64,000 bases of DNA from Microcoleus sp. (GCA_042408215.1 JAYFMW010000005.1:192001-256000), one strand, 5' to 3'; shown: positions 43,816 through 54,868, numbered from the stretch's first letter. The notes: generated from the sequence alone by a model not told the origin. Numbers and translations are program-made.

Positions 43816-45501
43816 TTGAGGAAAAAGCTATTGTCAGGTACGTCCCACCCAAAGAAGCGTCGTCCATCCTTGGAGTCAACGAAAGAACTCTCCGACGTTG
43901 GGAAGAAGCAGGCAAAATCCAAGCGCTCAGAACACCGTCAGGACTCTGAAGGTATAACGTTGACAGGTTTGCAGCTCTCGCCACTAGAACCGACAACCGA
44001 ATTGCTGTTGTCTACGCCAGAGTCAGTAGTCGCACACAACAACCCGACCTCAACAGACAAGTCGCCCACCTTAGCAGTCTCTACCCGGAAGCCGAAATCT
44101 GTAGCGAAATCGGAGGCGGACTTAATTTCAAACGCAAAAAGCTTCTTTCCCTATTGGAACGAATCTTCAAAGGTGATGTCAGAATGGTTGTCGTTGCCCA
44201 CAAAGACCGATTGGCAAGATTCGGCTTTGACCTGTTCAAATGGCTCTGCGAGCAAAACCGGTGTGAACTCGTGGTACTCAACGAAACAAACCTTAGTCCA
44301 GAAGCAGAAATGGTTGAAGACATCCTCGCAATTCTCCACTATTTTAGCAGTAGATTGTACGGACTCAGAAAGTATAAATCTCAAATCAAAGAAGATCAGG
44401 ATTTACCCCACACCTGAGCTACACAAAGTTTGGCGTCAATGGCTGGCAGCCTGTCGTTATTGTTTCAATCAAGCAATAGCAATGCAGCGAAAAAAACGCT
44501 TAACCAAGTTAGAATTGCGTAACGAAGTTATGCGAGGTGATTTACCTGAATGGGTAAAAGAAACGCCTTGTCATATCAGGCAAAATGCTGTGTTTGATGC
44601 TCACAGAGCTTTCAAGGCAAGTTCAGACGCCAAGTTTCGTAGTATCAGAGATTACTCTCAAGCCATCAAATTTAACGATTCAAATTTCAGCTCATGCACT
44701 TGGTATCCTTCCTTAACCAAAGGATTAACATTTAAAGCTGCTGAAAATATTCCTGAATGCCAGCACGGGACTCAACTACTTTACTGCAAGGGTCGTTGGT
44801 TTGCGGTGTTTCCTGTACCAGTTACTGTTCACCCTACCGATGCAACTGGAATTATTGCATTAGATCCGGGCGTAAGAACATTTATGACCGGATTTGATGG
44901 CAATAAATTCATTGAGTTTGGAGGTGGTGACATGGGACGTATCACTCGTTTGTGTCAACACTTAGATGACTTAATGAGCCGAATATCTCAAGCCACGAAA
45001 CAGCAAAGAAAACGCATGAGACAAGCAGCTCATCGCATGAGAATACGCATTCGCAACTTAGTTGATGAGTGCCAAAAACAAACGGCTTGTTATCTAACTA
45101 GCAACTATCGAGTCATATTTCTTCCTACTTTTGAGTCTTCCCAAATGGTAGCCAAAGCACGAAGAAAGATTCGTTCAAAAACTGCTAGGGCGATGTTAAC
45201 TTGGGCCCATTACAGATTCAAGCAAACCATCAAACATCAGGCAAATATCAGAAACGCAAGCGTGATTGATGTAACTGAAGAATACACATCTAAAACTTGT
45301 ACCCATTGCGGTCACGTACATCATTCGTTAGGTGGTTCTAAAGTGTTTACTTGTCCTGAATGTGGCTACTCAATCCCACGGGATTATAATGGCGCTTTTG
45401 GTATTTTACTAAAAGCTTTGCGGGATACCGCCTCTATCTCTTATGAGGGCGATAGTGCTATCGTTACTTTGTCCGGTAATAGCCGGGTAAGTGTCGCGTA
45501 A
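43816..45501 (+). CDS. tnpB: IS607 TnpB, pro-Fanzor-like; true start uncertain, conserved part from ~44385
   Basis: KIRIYP, ALDPGVRTF, VTEEYTSKTC, CPEC, RDYNGA. Confidence 0.85.
   Translation: MRKKLLSGTSHPKKRRPSLESTKELSDVGKKQAKSKRSEHRQDSEGITLTGLQLSPLEPTTELLLSTPESVVAHNNPTSTDKSPTLAVSTRKPKSVAKSEADLISNAKSFFPYWNESSKVMSEWLSLPTKTDWQDSALTCSNGSASKTGVNSWYSTKQTLVQKQKWLKTSSQFSTILAVDCTDSESINLKSKKIRIYPTPELHKVWRQWLAACRYCFNQAIAMQRKKRLTKLELRNEVMRGDLPEWVKETPCHIRQNAVFDAHRAFKASSDAKFRSIRDYSQAIKFNDSNFSSCTWYPSLTKGLTFKAAENIPECQHGTQLLYCKGRWFAVFPVPVTVHPTDATGIIALDPGVRTFMTGFDGNKFIEFGGGDMGRITRLCQHLDDLMSRISQATKQQRKRMRQAAHRMRIRIRNLVDECQKQTACYLTSNYRVIFLPTFESSQMVAKARRKIRSKTARAMLTWAHYRFKQTIKHQANIRNASVIDVTEEYTSKTCTHCGHVHHSLGGSKVFTCPECGYSIPRDYNGAFGILLKALRDTASISYEGDSAIVTLSGNSRVSVA
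43830..44417 (+). pseudogene. tnpA: IS607 serine-recombinase TnpA with in-frame TGA at 43947-43949
   Basis: MerR-like HTH (LGVNERTLRRWE..RTPSGL*RY), YARVSS, HKDRLARFGF, FSSRLYGLRKY. Confidence 0.85.
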
Positions 45502-45663
45502 ATGTATCAGATGGGGACAATTGCGAAAATCTTGCTTCTTGCTTCTTGCTTCTTGCTTCTTGCTTCTTCCTTCAACATCTGACTCATGCCTCACCCTCGA
45601 TAATTAATCCGTGTATCCGTGTCAAAATCTCTGAGAGTGCCTTCCTTCTTCCTTCAACATCCC

Positions 45664-46056
45664 CTATTCTCGATCCCAGCCCAAAATTTGAGCCACCTGA
45701 GCAGCCAAATACATCGGTTCAAAAGGCTTAGCAATCACGCTCACCACCCCCAACTTGGCAAACATCTGCCTGTCGCTAGCCAGAGCCTTAGCCGTTAGTA
45801 AAATTACTGGAATGTGCTGCGTAGCACTATTAGCTTGCAACTGTTGAAAAGTCGTAGGCCCGTCTTGGTCGGGCATCATCACGTCCAAGAGAATAGCATC
45901 AGGCTGTTCCGCGATCGCCTTAGCCACACCCTCCTGACCCGAACTCGCTGTCAGCACCTCCCAGCCCCCAACCACCTGAAGGCTGATTTGAGCCACTTCC
46001 CGAATATCTGTCGCATCGTCAATCACCAAGATGCGTTTAGCAGTCGAAATTAACAT
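45664..46056 (-). CDS. Single-domain response regulator
   Basis: VIDD, LLDVMMP, LLTAK, AKPF. Confidence 0.92.
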   Translation of the reverse strand: MLISTAKRILVIDDATDIREVAQISLQVVGGWEVLTASSGQEGVAKAIAEQPDAILLDVMMPDQDGPTTFQQLQANSATQHIPVILLTAKALASDRQMFAKLGVVSVIAKPFEPMYLAAQVAQILGWDRE

Positions 46057-46143
46057 CTTTTTTATAAATGAGAACTGCTCTCAGTCTAGAGCCGAGATGT
46101 GAATATTTTGTCAAGACAACTATTTTACCCGATCGCACTTTAC

Positions 46144-46825
46144 CGGAGATTTGGGTAAAAGCCCCGTCCTTTTAGGACGGCTTTAATTTTTTCTGTTTGT
46201 TTCAGGCTTGAGATTGTGAGCGTCAACCGTAAAGATTCTTGAAACAGTCGATTTATAGCCACTGTCCGTAAACAGTGCTATAATAGTTCCATGATTGTAC
46301 TGGAGTTCGCGTTAAAAGGTAAGCCACAGCAATACCGGGTCGTAGACGAAATGAGCCACACAGCTCAGTTTGTCCGAAACAAAGCTCTTAGATACTGGAT
46401 CGACAATCAAGGAGTTAAACTATCCGACCTCTACAAGCAATGTGCCATCATGGCTAAAGAGTTTGAATGGGCCGGAAAACTTAACTCAATGGCACGTCAA
46501 GCTACGGCACGAACGATGCCCTTTTTGCTATCCTACGTTTTTTCTCGAATTGCAAAGCTAAGAAGCCAGGAAAAAAAGGGATACCCACAATTCAAAAAGC
46601 AGACTCGTTCCGTAGAATATAAGACTTCAGGTTGGAAGCTTTCCACTGATAAAAGATGTCTCACTTTCACAGAAAAGTTAATTAATTACGAATTACGAAT
46701 TACGAATTACGAGGGGATAATTCGTAATTCGTAATTTTTAATTCGTAATTCTAAGTGGTGACATCAACGGGCAAGCCGACTGATTGAACCAAGAATCCTC
46801 GGGCCTGTATGCCGAGGAGTGTCAA
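46144..46825 (+). mobile_element. Internally deleted IS608-like element (both ends kept; tnpB fragment 46291-~46676)
   Basis: TTAC at 46140-46143; AAAGCCCCGTCCTTTTAGGACGG left end; GAATCCTCGG...CCGAGGAGTGTCAA right end; frameshifted TnpB N-terminus followed by (ATTACGA)n. Confidence 0.85.
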
Positions 46826-49068
46826 GGCATTCCGATCGCAATCAAAGAATCGAACGGCAAACAGCTAGAATAACACTCCTCTTCCGATAACACCGCAATC
46901 AGCCGTAGTGACCAGTCCGGCATAATTTGCAAATCCGCCCAAGGTACTGCTACCTCCAAACATTTATCCAACCCAACTTGAGCACGGCTGATGCGGGGAT
47001 GCCATTCATCCCGTTCTCCAGCTTGCTGAAACCCAATCGTTTTAGTTAGCAAATTAATCTCTAACTGATGGTGGAATCGATAATTTAGCGGTGCTGTATC
47101 CGGCAAATCCGACAGCGGAATCAGGCTGTTGTGCATCGTGCGATCGGGATAAAACCACAACAAATTCAACTCCGGCGGACAATCAATTCCCGGCCGAATA
47201 CCCGCCTTAAAGTCGGCGCGAATGTAAAAATTCAAGTGATCCACCCCGTACCACAGGCGCTGAATTGCAGAACTGCGGTGCATTGTCCCCCTCGCTCCCC
47301 CAACTTCAATCCGACCAGCCTTGTCCCAATCCTGTTCATTACCAATACCGTCAATCACCGGGTGAATAAAGCTCATCGGTTGGTGGTCGCCTTGAACTTC
47401 GTGCACCTCTACTTGCCGGCGTACTTCCGGGGGTACGGGTTCGTTGAGAGCTTCATAAATTGCCGCTACGTGTTCCCGGAATAGCTGATCGAACATGGCA
47501 TCTTGGTTCGACGTGTGGCCTTCGCCAAACCACCAGAACCAGTCAGAACCTTCGGCCGCATCAAGTGCTTCCCAAGCTTCGGGATTAGTTTCTTCTGTGG
47601 CTTCTGGATGGTTGGCCAATACTTGCCTTGCAGCGCCTAACAAATCCCAAGCGCGATTTTTCGCTGGATCGCCGATCCAAGTTGTGAGAGAACCGTCAAC
47701 CCAAGAACCGGTGTGGAGTTGCGCTGCGGGAATTGTTTCTGTGGCTGGGAATTTGTCGAGAAATTCCGAGACTGTCACCAGTTTAATATCTGGGTCGAGG
47801 CTGAGAGTTTGATAGAGAGATTCTAGGAAGGGTTTGCCGTCTTGGGGATAGAATTCCCAGCAATTTTCGCCGTCTAGGGCGATCGTAACTAACCAGGGAT
47901 TTTCTAAGGATGTGCCACCACCAGACTGTCGGCGTTTGAGAGTTCGCGCGATCGCCTCTAAGTGTCCCACTAAATCAGATGCTGCTTTTTTCGGTTCCAT
48001 CGAACCGTAGGTAAATCCGATCAAATCAGACAATCTGTGGTCTCGAAATACGATCGCCAAATCACCAGCAGGCGTTTCTAAGCGATAAGGGCGATATAAC
48101 AATTCTGGTTCGCAGACATTCCCAGTCGCGTCGCGGTTAAAAAAGTGTTTAATTGTCCACCCCAAAACTGCTTCGTCCGAGACTATCCATTTAAACCCTT
48201 GTTTGGCAATGTAGGGCAAAATTTGCGGGCTGACTGCCTGTTCTGAGGGCCACAAACCACGAGGTTCGCAATGAAACCTATCCTCATACATTTCCCAGGA
48301 TTTTCTGAGGTGTCGGGGAATATCTTCTGCCCACTGAAACCGATGTTGTGGCAGCGTCATGTTAGGAATAGCTACGCGGCCGCCGTTGGTGTCTGCAAGC
48401 AGCGGTAAAATCGGGTGTGTATAGGGGGTTGTGGAGACTTCTAATTGTCCCTCAGCTTGCATCTGACGGTGCTGGGGAATGATTTGGGCGAGGATTTGTT
48501 TTTGTTTGGAGTAGATTTTATGGCGATCGGCCAAACTAAAATTTTGCCCTTGTTTCAGCCATCCTGCAATCTCCGGGTCATCCCAAAACAGCGGGTCAAT
48601 CCAAGCTAAATTGTGCCATGCCAATAAGTCGCTAAAATCATGCTGATTCCAATTTTCCAAACACCACTGAATGCCGTTTTCTTGCCGCTGAGTGTAGAGT
48701 TGAGCGTAGCGGGGATGAGGCTGAATCAGAGTGTGGTAATTGGCGTCAAAGAAGTGTTCTAAAATAAACTCTTGTTCTGGGATGTTTAAATCCTCGGTGC
48801 GCTTCAGAGCTACGGCTAAATATGGGTCTAATGCCCGGTCTGCGATGTAGTCTTCTATCTGTAAAATCAACGAAGGAACAAGGTTTACAGTTTGATGCAG
48901 CTTGGGATATTTTGCCAGAATTAGCACTAAATCCAAGTAATCTTTTACTCCGTGCAAGCGCACCCAAGGCAGTCGGTATTGAGCCTCTGTTGCGTTAGCA
49001 GATACTCTGGATTTGTACAGCGGTTGGTGTTGGTGCCAAATGAAGGCTACATAGAGGGGGTGAGACAT
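46822..49068 (-). CDS. Glycoside hydrolase family 57
   Basis: WHQHQP, HPILPL, WPSEQ, LDGEN, AEGSDWFWW. Confidence 0.93.
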   Translation of the reverse strand: MSHPLYVAFIWHQHQPLYKSRVSANATEAQYRLPWVRLHGVKDYLDLVLILAKYPKLHQTVNLVPSLILQIEDYIADRALDPYLAVALKRTEDLNIPEQEFILEHFFDANYHTLIQPHPRYAQLYTQRQENGIQWCLENWNQHDFSDLLAWHNLAWIDPLFWDDPEIAGWLKQGQNFSLADRHKIYSKQKQILAQIIPQHRQMQAEGQLEVSTTPYTHPILPLLADTNGGRVAIPNMTLPQHRFQWAEDIPRHLRKSWEMYEDRFHCEPRGLWPSEQAVSPQILPYIAKQGFKWIVSDEAVLGWTIKHFFNRDATGNVCEPELLYRPYRLETPAGDLAIVFRDHRLSDLIGFTYGSMEPKKAASDLVGHLEAIARTLKRRQSGGGTSLENPWLVTIALDGENCWEFYPQDGKPFLESLYQTLSLDPDIKLVTVSEFLDKFPATETIPAAQLHTGSWVDGSLTTWIGDPAKNRAWDLLGAARQVLANHPEATEETNPEAWEALDAAEGSDWFWWFGEGHTSNQDAMFDQLFREHVAAIYEALNEPVPPEVRRQVEVHEVQGDHQPMSFIHPVIDGIGNEQDWDKAGRIEVGGARGTMHRSSAIQRLWYGVDHLNFYIRADFKAGIRPGIDCPPELNLLWFYPDRTMHNSLIPLSDLPDTAPLNYRFHHQLEINLLTKTIGFQQAGERDEWHPRISRAQVGLDKCLEVAVPWADLQIMPDWSLRLIAVLSEEECYSSCLPFDSLIAIGMP

Positions 49069-49072
49069 TACT

Positions 49073-49372
49073 CTAGTCCTTAGTCATTAGTTAGCAGTCA
49101 TTAGTCCTTAGTCATTAGTCCTTAGTCATTAGTCCTTAGTCATTAGTTAGCAGTCATTAGTCCTTAGTCATTAGTCCTTAGTCATTAGTTAGCAGTCATT
49201 AGTTAGCAGTCATTAGTCCTTAGTCATTAGTCCTTAGTCATTAGTCCTTAGTCATTAGTCCTTAGTCATTAGTTAGCAGTCATTAGTTAGCAGTCATTAA
49301 TCGGCAGTCATTAATCGGCAGTCATTAATCGGCAGTCATTAATCGGCAGTATGATTTAGTCAGTCATTAGTT
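49073..49372. repeat. Long (TCATTAG/TCCTTAG)n tandem repeat
   Basis: Directly visible. Confidence 0.92.
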
Positions 49373-49478
49373 GCTTTATTTACTTGTTACTGATGACTTC
49401 AGACTAATGAATAAATTTAGTCGGTTAATTTCCTAATGACTGCTAACTAATGACTAATGACTACTGACTAATGACTAA

Positions 49479-49718
49479 TTACATTACCTGTTCAACTTCA
49501 GAGATTTCTGGGATGGCTTCGCGCAGGCGACGTTCTATGCCCATTCTCAGGGTCATTGTAGAACTCGGGCAAGAGCCACAAGCTCCTTGCAGCCGCAGGT
49601 GTACGACTGGGCCGTCGATTTCTACCAGTTCCACGTTGCCGCCGTCGGATATCAGGTAGGGGCGCATTTCATCGAGAACTGTTTCGACGTTATCTCTTGT
49701 TAGTGCTAGTGTCGTCAT
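49479..49718 (-). CDS. NifU-C/NfuA-type Fe-S carrier
   Basis: [23 protein letters not shown]. Confidence 0.93.
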   Translation of the reverse strand: MTTLALTRDNVETVLDEMRPYLISDGGNVELVEIDGPVVHLRLQGACGSCPSSTMTLRMGIERRLREAIPEISEVEQVM

Positions 49719-49855
49719 ATTTCACCTTGTAGGTTATTTAGTACAATTGTCTTTGTTTAATCCTAGCGTTACTTGCTAGCAAATAAAGCTTGGTTTGGTT
49801 GGCTACGAATCATCCAAAAACCCGCTTCCTTAAATCAAACGGGTTTTTGCTGGCT

Positions 49856-50506
49856 CTACACTACTGCTGGTTCTAGCAGTTTGACGTTGGAGTAGTTGAA
49901 TTCGGTTGTTGTGAGTTGACCTTGTTCTTTCGATCGCACTACTTGCTTGGTCATAACATAATAGTCGCCTATTTTCTCAAAGGAATCTTCAAATTCGAGT
50001 TCTTTGATGATTTCATCAGTTTGGGGGTTGCGGAAAATCGCATCGTAGTGCGTCGCCAAAGAACCTTCGGGTGTCTCTAAGCTGTTGTGGGTGTCAATGA
50101 CAAAGGCCATACGCCCCATCACCCGGCTGACTTGACAAATTGACAGACCTCGGATTTTATAATTAGACCCCATTGAGTCGCCTTGCACTAAGATATCCAC
50201 AGCATCGGTGCTATCTTTCTCGCCAAGGGTGAAGTTGTTTTTCCCGTGGGATTTTTCAAAGGACGAGCGCTTGCGGTGGGTGACAATATCCCGCATTTGG
50301 GTGTAAGCGCTTTGCTGCACTTCCTCGTCTGCAATGCCACTCACTTCCACGGTCATGTCTGGTTTAATGGAAACATGACCCCTGTATACTTCGTCGCCTT
50401 GCTTGAGTTCGATGTCGGCACTGTAACCGGGAAAGTTGGAATCCCAAGTGTAGCGGTGTTCGTAGGCAGCGCGAAATAGGTCGCGAGCGTTGGCTGTCTC
50501 TGTCAT
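49856..50506 (-). CDS. DUF3386-like conserved protein
   Basis: LFRAAYEHRYTWDSNFPGY. Confidence 0.8.
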   Translation of the reverse strand: MTETANARDLFRAAYEHRYTWDSNFPGYSADIELKQGDEVYRGHVSIKPDMTVEVSGIADEEVQQSAYTQMRDIVTHRKRSSFEKSHGKNNFTLGEKDSTDAVDILVQGDSMGSNYKIRGLSICQVSRVMGRMAFVIDTHNSLETPEGSLATHYDAIFRNPQTDEIIKELEFEDSFEKIGDYYVMTKQVVRSKEQGQLTTTEFNYSNVKLLEPAVV

Positions 50507-50871
50507 AAATCTCCCTTCTATGTACACCCATCTAGTTTAGCTTAACACCGGGAAGCCCCACACTGGTCGATCGGGCTGGTGTGCCGTAATTTACAGTTCG
50601 GTTTTCTCGCTTGCTACGATCTAAAAATACATAAAACTTAGGTAACACCCCCATTTTTGGGTGGCGCTTCACGAAGGATTACCCTAACAAACCCTATCAA
50701 TAGAGTCTCTGGGTAAGTCCCATTCGAGTTGAAAATTTATTGGTGATGGACAATTAGCCAGACAGGAGTGTTAATTTTGGGTTATGTTTAAGAAACAGGT
50801 GTCCGCTTGTTAAAACTCAGGTTGCGAAGAATTGCAGCCGATCGCAATTATAGTATTCCCCTGATGCTCAA

Positions 50872-52011
50872 ATGCTAGAAAAAATATTTCAATACCTGCA
50901 AACGTTGCAGGAACAAGCCAGCGAGTTGCCACCGGCACAACAGGCAATTTTCACAAATACTCTGGAAAATCTCTCTAATTCTTTGCAAGAATTGGCGGCC
51001 AGTCGCCAGTTTGAAAGCGCTACAAACAACGCAGATCGGGTGGTACAATTAGAAAAATCCCATCGCATTTTAGAGCGCACAGTGGCGAAACAAGCCTCTC
51101 GAATCCGACAGTTACAAGAACAGTTGCAAAAAGAAATCAGTCAGTACCGCCGGGATAATCAAGCACTCATTAAAAGTCAAGCAAAACTGCAAATAGTGCT
51201 GCGAAATTCTCCCGATATAATTAGCATTTTAGAGTCGGACGGGCGAGTTCGATACCACAGCGCCGCAGTGGAAAGGGTTTTGGGTTATAAGGCGGAATCA
51301 AGAATTGGTAAAGTTCACGGCGAGTTAATCCATCCTGACGATTGGCTGGCTTGGCAGGCATATTTTGGCTGGTTGCTGGAACATCCTGGAGTTGCTAAGC
51401 CGATCGAATATCGGGAGCGGCACGCTGACGGTTTTTGGCTATATATGGAAGCCGTTGGTAACAGTTTGCTTCAGGATTATAATGTCCACGGAGTTATACT
51501 TAATTCGCGGCCAATAGGGGAACGTAAGCAAGTAGAATTACAACTGCAACTCGCAGGCGAAGTGTTGCAAGCACAAATAGAATCTGCGCCACTGGCAATT
51601 AATTGTACCGATACCAAGGGCCAAGTAACTGTCTGGAACCGCGCGGCCGAAAAACTGTTTGGCTGGAGTGCTACAGAAGTTTTGGGTCAATATCCGCCTA
51701 ATATTCCAGAACGTGAACAGGAAGATTTTCACGACATACTGAAGTTGGTGTTCAATGGCAAAGCACAGAACGGTTGGGAAGTTTCTCTGTTGAAGAAAGA
51801 CGGTGGCTCGATCGATCTCTGGCTATTCGCCGCACCTGTGCAAGATGCCAGCGGCCGGATTATCGGCAGCATAAAAATATTTTCAGACCTTTCAGAACGC
51901 AAGCGCATAGAGTTAGAACGCCAAAAACTAGCAGGGCTGCAAAATATGGAAGAACCGTTTTGGGTGCGCTATGTCGCTCCTCCAAAAAGCAATAAAAAAG
52001 AGAGTAACTGA
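50872..52011 (+). CDS. Coiled-coil + two PAS domains, no output domain
   Basis: PDIISIL, IHPDD, WNRAAEKLFGWS. Confidence 0.8.
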   Translation: MLEKIFQYLQTLQEQASELPPAQQAIFTNTLENLSNSLQELAASRQFESATNNADRVVQLEKSHRILERTVAKQASRIRQLQEQLQKEISQYRRDNQALIKSQAKLQIVLRNSPDIISILESDGRVRYHSAAVERVLGYKAESRIGKVHGELIHPDDWLAWQAYFGWLLEHPGVAKPIEYRERHADGFWLYMEAVGNSLLQDYNVHGVILNSRPIGERKQVELQLQLAGEVLQAQIESAPLAINCTDTKGQVTVWNRAAEKLFGWSATEVLGQYPPNIPEREQEDFHDILKLVFNGKAQNGWEVSLLKKDGGSIDLWLFAAPVQDASGRIIGSIKIFSDLSERKRIELERQKLAGLQNMEEPFWVRYVAPPKSNKKESN

Positions 52012-52171
52012 TCGTTAAAGATTAATACTTGGGCACAGTTGATCTTGTTGGTTGTAGAAAACTCTAAGGGAGCGATCGAACTATGCGATCGGAAAAATTG
52101 CAATTTGGCGTGAATAACCCAGTTAAATGAACGGGTTATATCACGCCGGTTAATTGCTTATAAATCTTGTA

Positions 52172-52360
52172 CGGGCATGGGGCATGGGGCATGGGGCATG
52201 GGGCATGGGGCATGGGGCATGGGGCATTGGGCCTAGGTTATTTTTTATTAGAAAAACCACTAACCACTAACTACTAACTATTACCGATTACCAGTTACCG
52301 ATTACCAATTACCGATTCCCAACTACCAATTCCCCATTCCCAATTACCCATTCCCAATTA
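52172..52360. repeat. (GGGGCAT)n and (TTACCRA)n tandem repeats
   Basis: Directly visible. Confidence 0.85.
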
Positions 52361-53388
52361 TTAGTTTGTCAACAGCGGTTCTTGATAAAGTGGCACTGTG
52401 AAAGTAACGGTGGAGCCAAGTCCTTCCCCCATGCTGTAAAAATTTACTGTACCCCCCATTGCTTGTACCAGTTTTTGAGAAATAGCCAATCCCAAACCGG
52501 TGCCGCCATATTGCCTAGTACGATCGCCATCTACCTGAAAAAACGACTCAAATAATTTGTCTTGCTTTTCGAGAGAAACGCCAATCCCAGTATCAGCTAC
52601 TCGGATTTTTACCATCCCGGGGAACTGCTGTTGCTGAACTGTCACCTGTTTCTTAATAACTTCGACACTGATGCGAATTCCGCCTTCGCTGGTGAATTTA
52701 ATGGCATTTCCAGTCAGATTTAACAATACCTGAAGCAGGCGTTGGTAGTTAGCGTACAAGATAATTTCATCTTCAGTAGCGGGCTTTTGGATTTGGAATT
52801 TTAATCCCTTTTGCTGCAATTGGGCCTGTGTAAAACCCTCAACTTCCTGCAACAGTTCGTCGAGTTTGACAGGAGCAAAGTCTAACTGCATTTTGCCAGC
52901 TTCAATTTTAGCAATATCCAAGATATCGTTAATGACATTCAGCAAGTGCAGAGCCGATCGGTAAGCTTCGGCGATAAATTGACGAGCTTCTTCGGAATCG
53001 TCTGCCATCCCGTCCACCAGCAGTTTCAAGAAGCCGAGGATGCCGTTGAGGGGGGTGCGGAGTTCGTGAGAAGTATTAGCCAGAAACTGACTTTTGAGGT
53101 GGGAAAGGGCCACCGCTTCGGAGCGGGCCTCTTTGACAAAATACTCTAATTCTTGATAGAGGGTAGCGTGGGCGATCGCACTTCCGACTTGAGCAACTAA
53201 CTCGCTGGCCTCTTTGATAAAATACCCAAGTTCGATCTCGCTCCACCGAGGGGAATCTCCGCAGCGGTGCAAACAGATCAGTGCATTGGGTTCGTCTTGA
53301 TAGGAAGTAGCTGCTACCAGCACCGAGTGCCGCAAGAAGGGATCGCAAGGAGGGGAGGGGTAATCAACTGCTACTGGTTTGAGGGTAG
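52361..53388 (-). pseudogene. C-terminal part (GAF end-HisKA-HATPase) of an IS-split histidine kinase
   Basis: NTSHELRTPLN, GNAIKFT, GGTGLGL; rejoins in frame with 55422-55920. Confidence 0.85.
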
Positions 53389-53404
53389 GTGACATACTCC
53401 CACA

Positions 53405-54802
53405 TCAACCTGAGTACAGGTATGATGTGGGCTTCTTGGCAGCCCGATGAAGGGTATGCAAGATTTCCTTCGTGGTACTGTCATCCATAGTTCCTACTAC
53501 AGAAAGATTCCCGCTACGGCGTTTTATACTTGGGAAAATGTCCAACCCAAGTCTCTTTAAATTAATCGCGGCGTTGAGATCGCGGTCAACTATCAGAGAG
53601 TTTTGCTCATCCCAATAATCTCGGACACTGCAATCGGTGAAAATAATTTCATTCCGATAACTGAGAACCATTGAGGTATAAGCAGGTTTTTGTGGAACGA
53701 CGACTGATCCAGCTTTTTCGGCTATGTATTCCAGCGTCTTGAAAAATTGACCGAACGCAGCATCGAGCCAAGACTTGTTTAATCCTGATTTTGCTGATTG
53801 ACCATTGGGAAGATAATTGCCTTCATCATCTTGCTTAACTTTATTTCGTTTAGTTAAGCTTTTTAAATTTAAATCTTCGTGAAAGAAGAACTTAGCTCCA
53901 GACCTGACAAGTTTGTGGGCCGTTTTGTAATGAAAGTCTTGGCGAGAACGCGCTATTTTTTGGTGTTGTCTCGCTTCTTTTTTGGCTAATTTCCGTCGGG
54001 ACTTAGAGCCACGCTTCCGTTTGTTCCGCTTCTTTGAAATGCGGTCTAGCTTAGCTTGATTATTCCGAAGCGGTTTCAATGAAGGCAACTTTTCGCCTGA
54101 CGACGTTGCTAGGTAGACAGCTTCGTGTAGTACCGCGTCTAACCCAATTGAGTTGTCCCAGTTTGGGGTAATTTTATCAGGAATAAACTGCGGTACTGAA
54201 GCATCTTCAAGCATTATTTGGACGAACCAACCGTCAGCCTTTCTAGTTACACTAATTTGCTTGACGGCAAACCCATCAGGGATTGGACGGTGCATCCGAA
54301 CTTTTACGATACCTAACTTTGGCAGTCGGATATAAGACCAACTCTTGCGAATTAACCTAATCCAGTCGCTGTTAGCCGTACAAAAAGTCATCGTTCGATA
54401 ATCCGCTTCAGTCTTGAATCGGGGTTTACCCGATCTTCCACCCTTACTGTCTCCTATGATAAACCGCTCGAAAGCTTTGTCTACTCGCTTAGAAATATCT
54501 TGCAGAACTGTTGAATCTACCTGCTTGAAGTCTAAAAGTTCGCCACTGTGGAAGACTTTTACCAAGTCTTTTTTGATGACTGGCAGTTGCTGCTTCTGGG
54601 AGTAGTAGTTGGGCTTTGCGCGGGGCGCAGAGATGCTAGCAACCAATGGACAAGCATTTATAGCAGTACGGTTTCTTTCCCACCAATCAAATCTATCTCC
54701 CAATTGGCGATTGTACCAATAACGGCAAATTCTGAGCCATTGGTTAAGCGTTAGTTTTTGATTGGTGTCGGGATAGAATTGGTACTGGTAGGTTGCTTTC
54801 AT
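53405..54802 (-). CDS. tnpB: TnpB lacking the CxxC zinc finger
   Basis: YQYQFYP, IGLD, HEDL, AYTS, DRDLNAAIN. Confidence 0.9.
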   Translation of the reverse strand: MKATYQYQFYPDTNQKLTLNQWLRICRYWYNRQLGDRFDWWERNRTAINACPLVASISAPRAKPNYYSQKQQLPVIKKDLVKVFHSGELLDFKQVDSTVLQDISKRVDKAFERFIIGDSKGGRSGKPRFKTEADYRTMTFCTANSDWIRLIRKSWSYIRLPKLGIVKVRMHRPIPDGFAVKQISVTRKADGWFVQIMLEDASVPQFIPDKITPNWDNSIGLDAVLHEAVYLATSSGEKLPSLKPLRNNQAKLDRISKKRNKRKRGSKSRRKLAKKEARQHQKIARSRQDFHYKTAHKLVRSGAKFFFHEDLNLKSLTKRNKVKQDDEGNYLPNGQSAKSGLNKSWLDAAFGQFFKTLEYIAEKAGSVVVPQKPAYTSMVLSYRNEIIFTDCSVRDYWDEQNSLIVDRDLNAAINLKRLGLDIFPSIKRRSGNLSVVGTMDDSTTKEILHTLHRAAKKPTSYLYSG

Positions 54803-54868
54803 TGCATCACAGGCGATACGCTTCAATTAGTGTTACTCGATCAGAGAAGACTGTTTAGTGTCAAGTAT

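Larger units (their letters stand above)
43755..45510 (+). mobile_element. IS607-family element (ends approximate)
   Basis: Serine recombinase tnpA + tnpB; CCGGACA motif at left and TGTCCGG near right. Confidence 0.85.
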
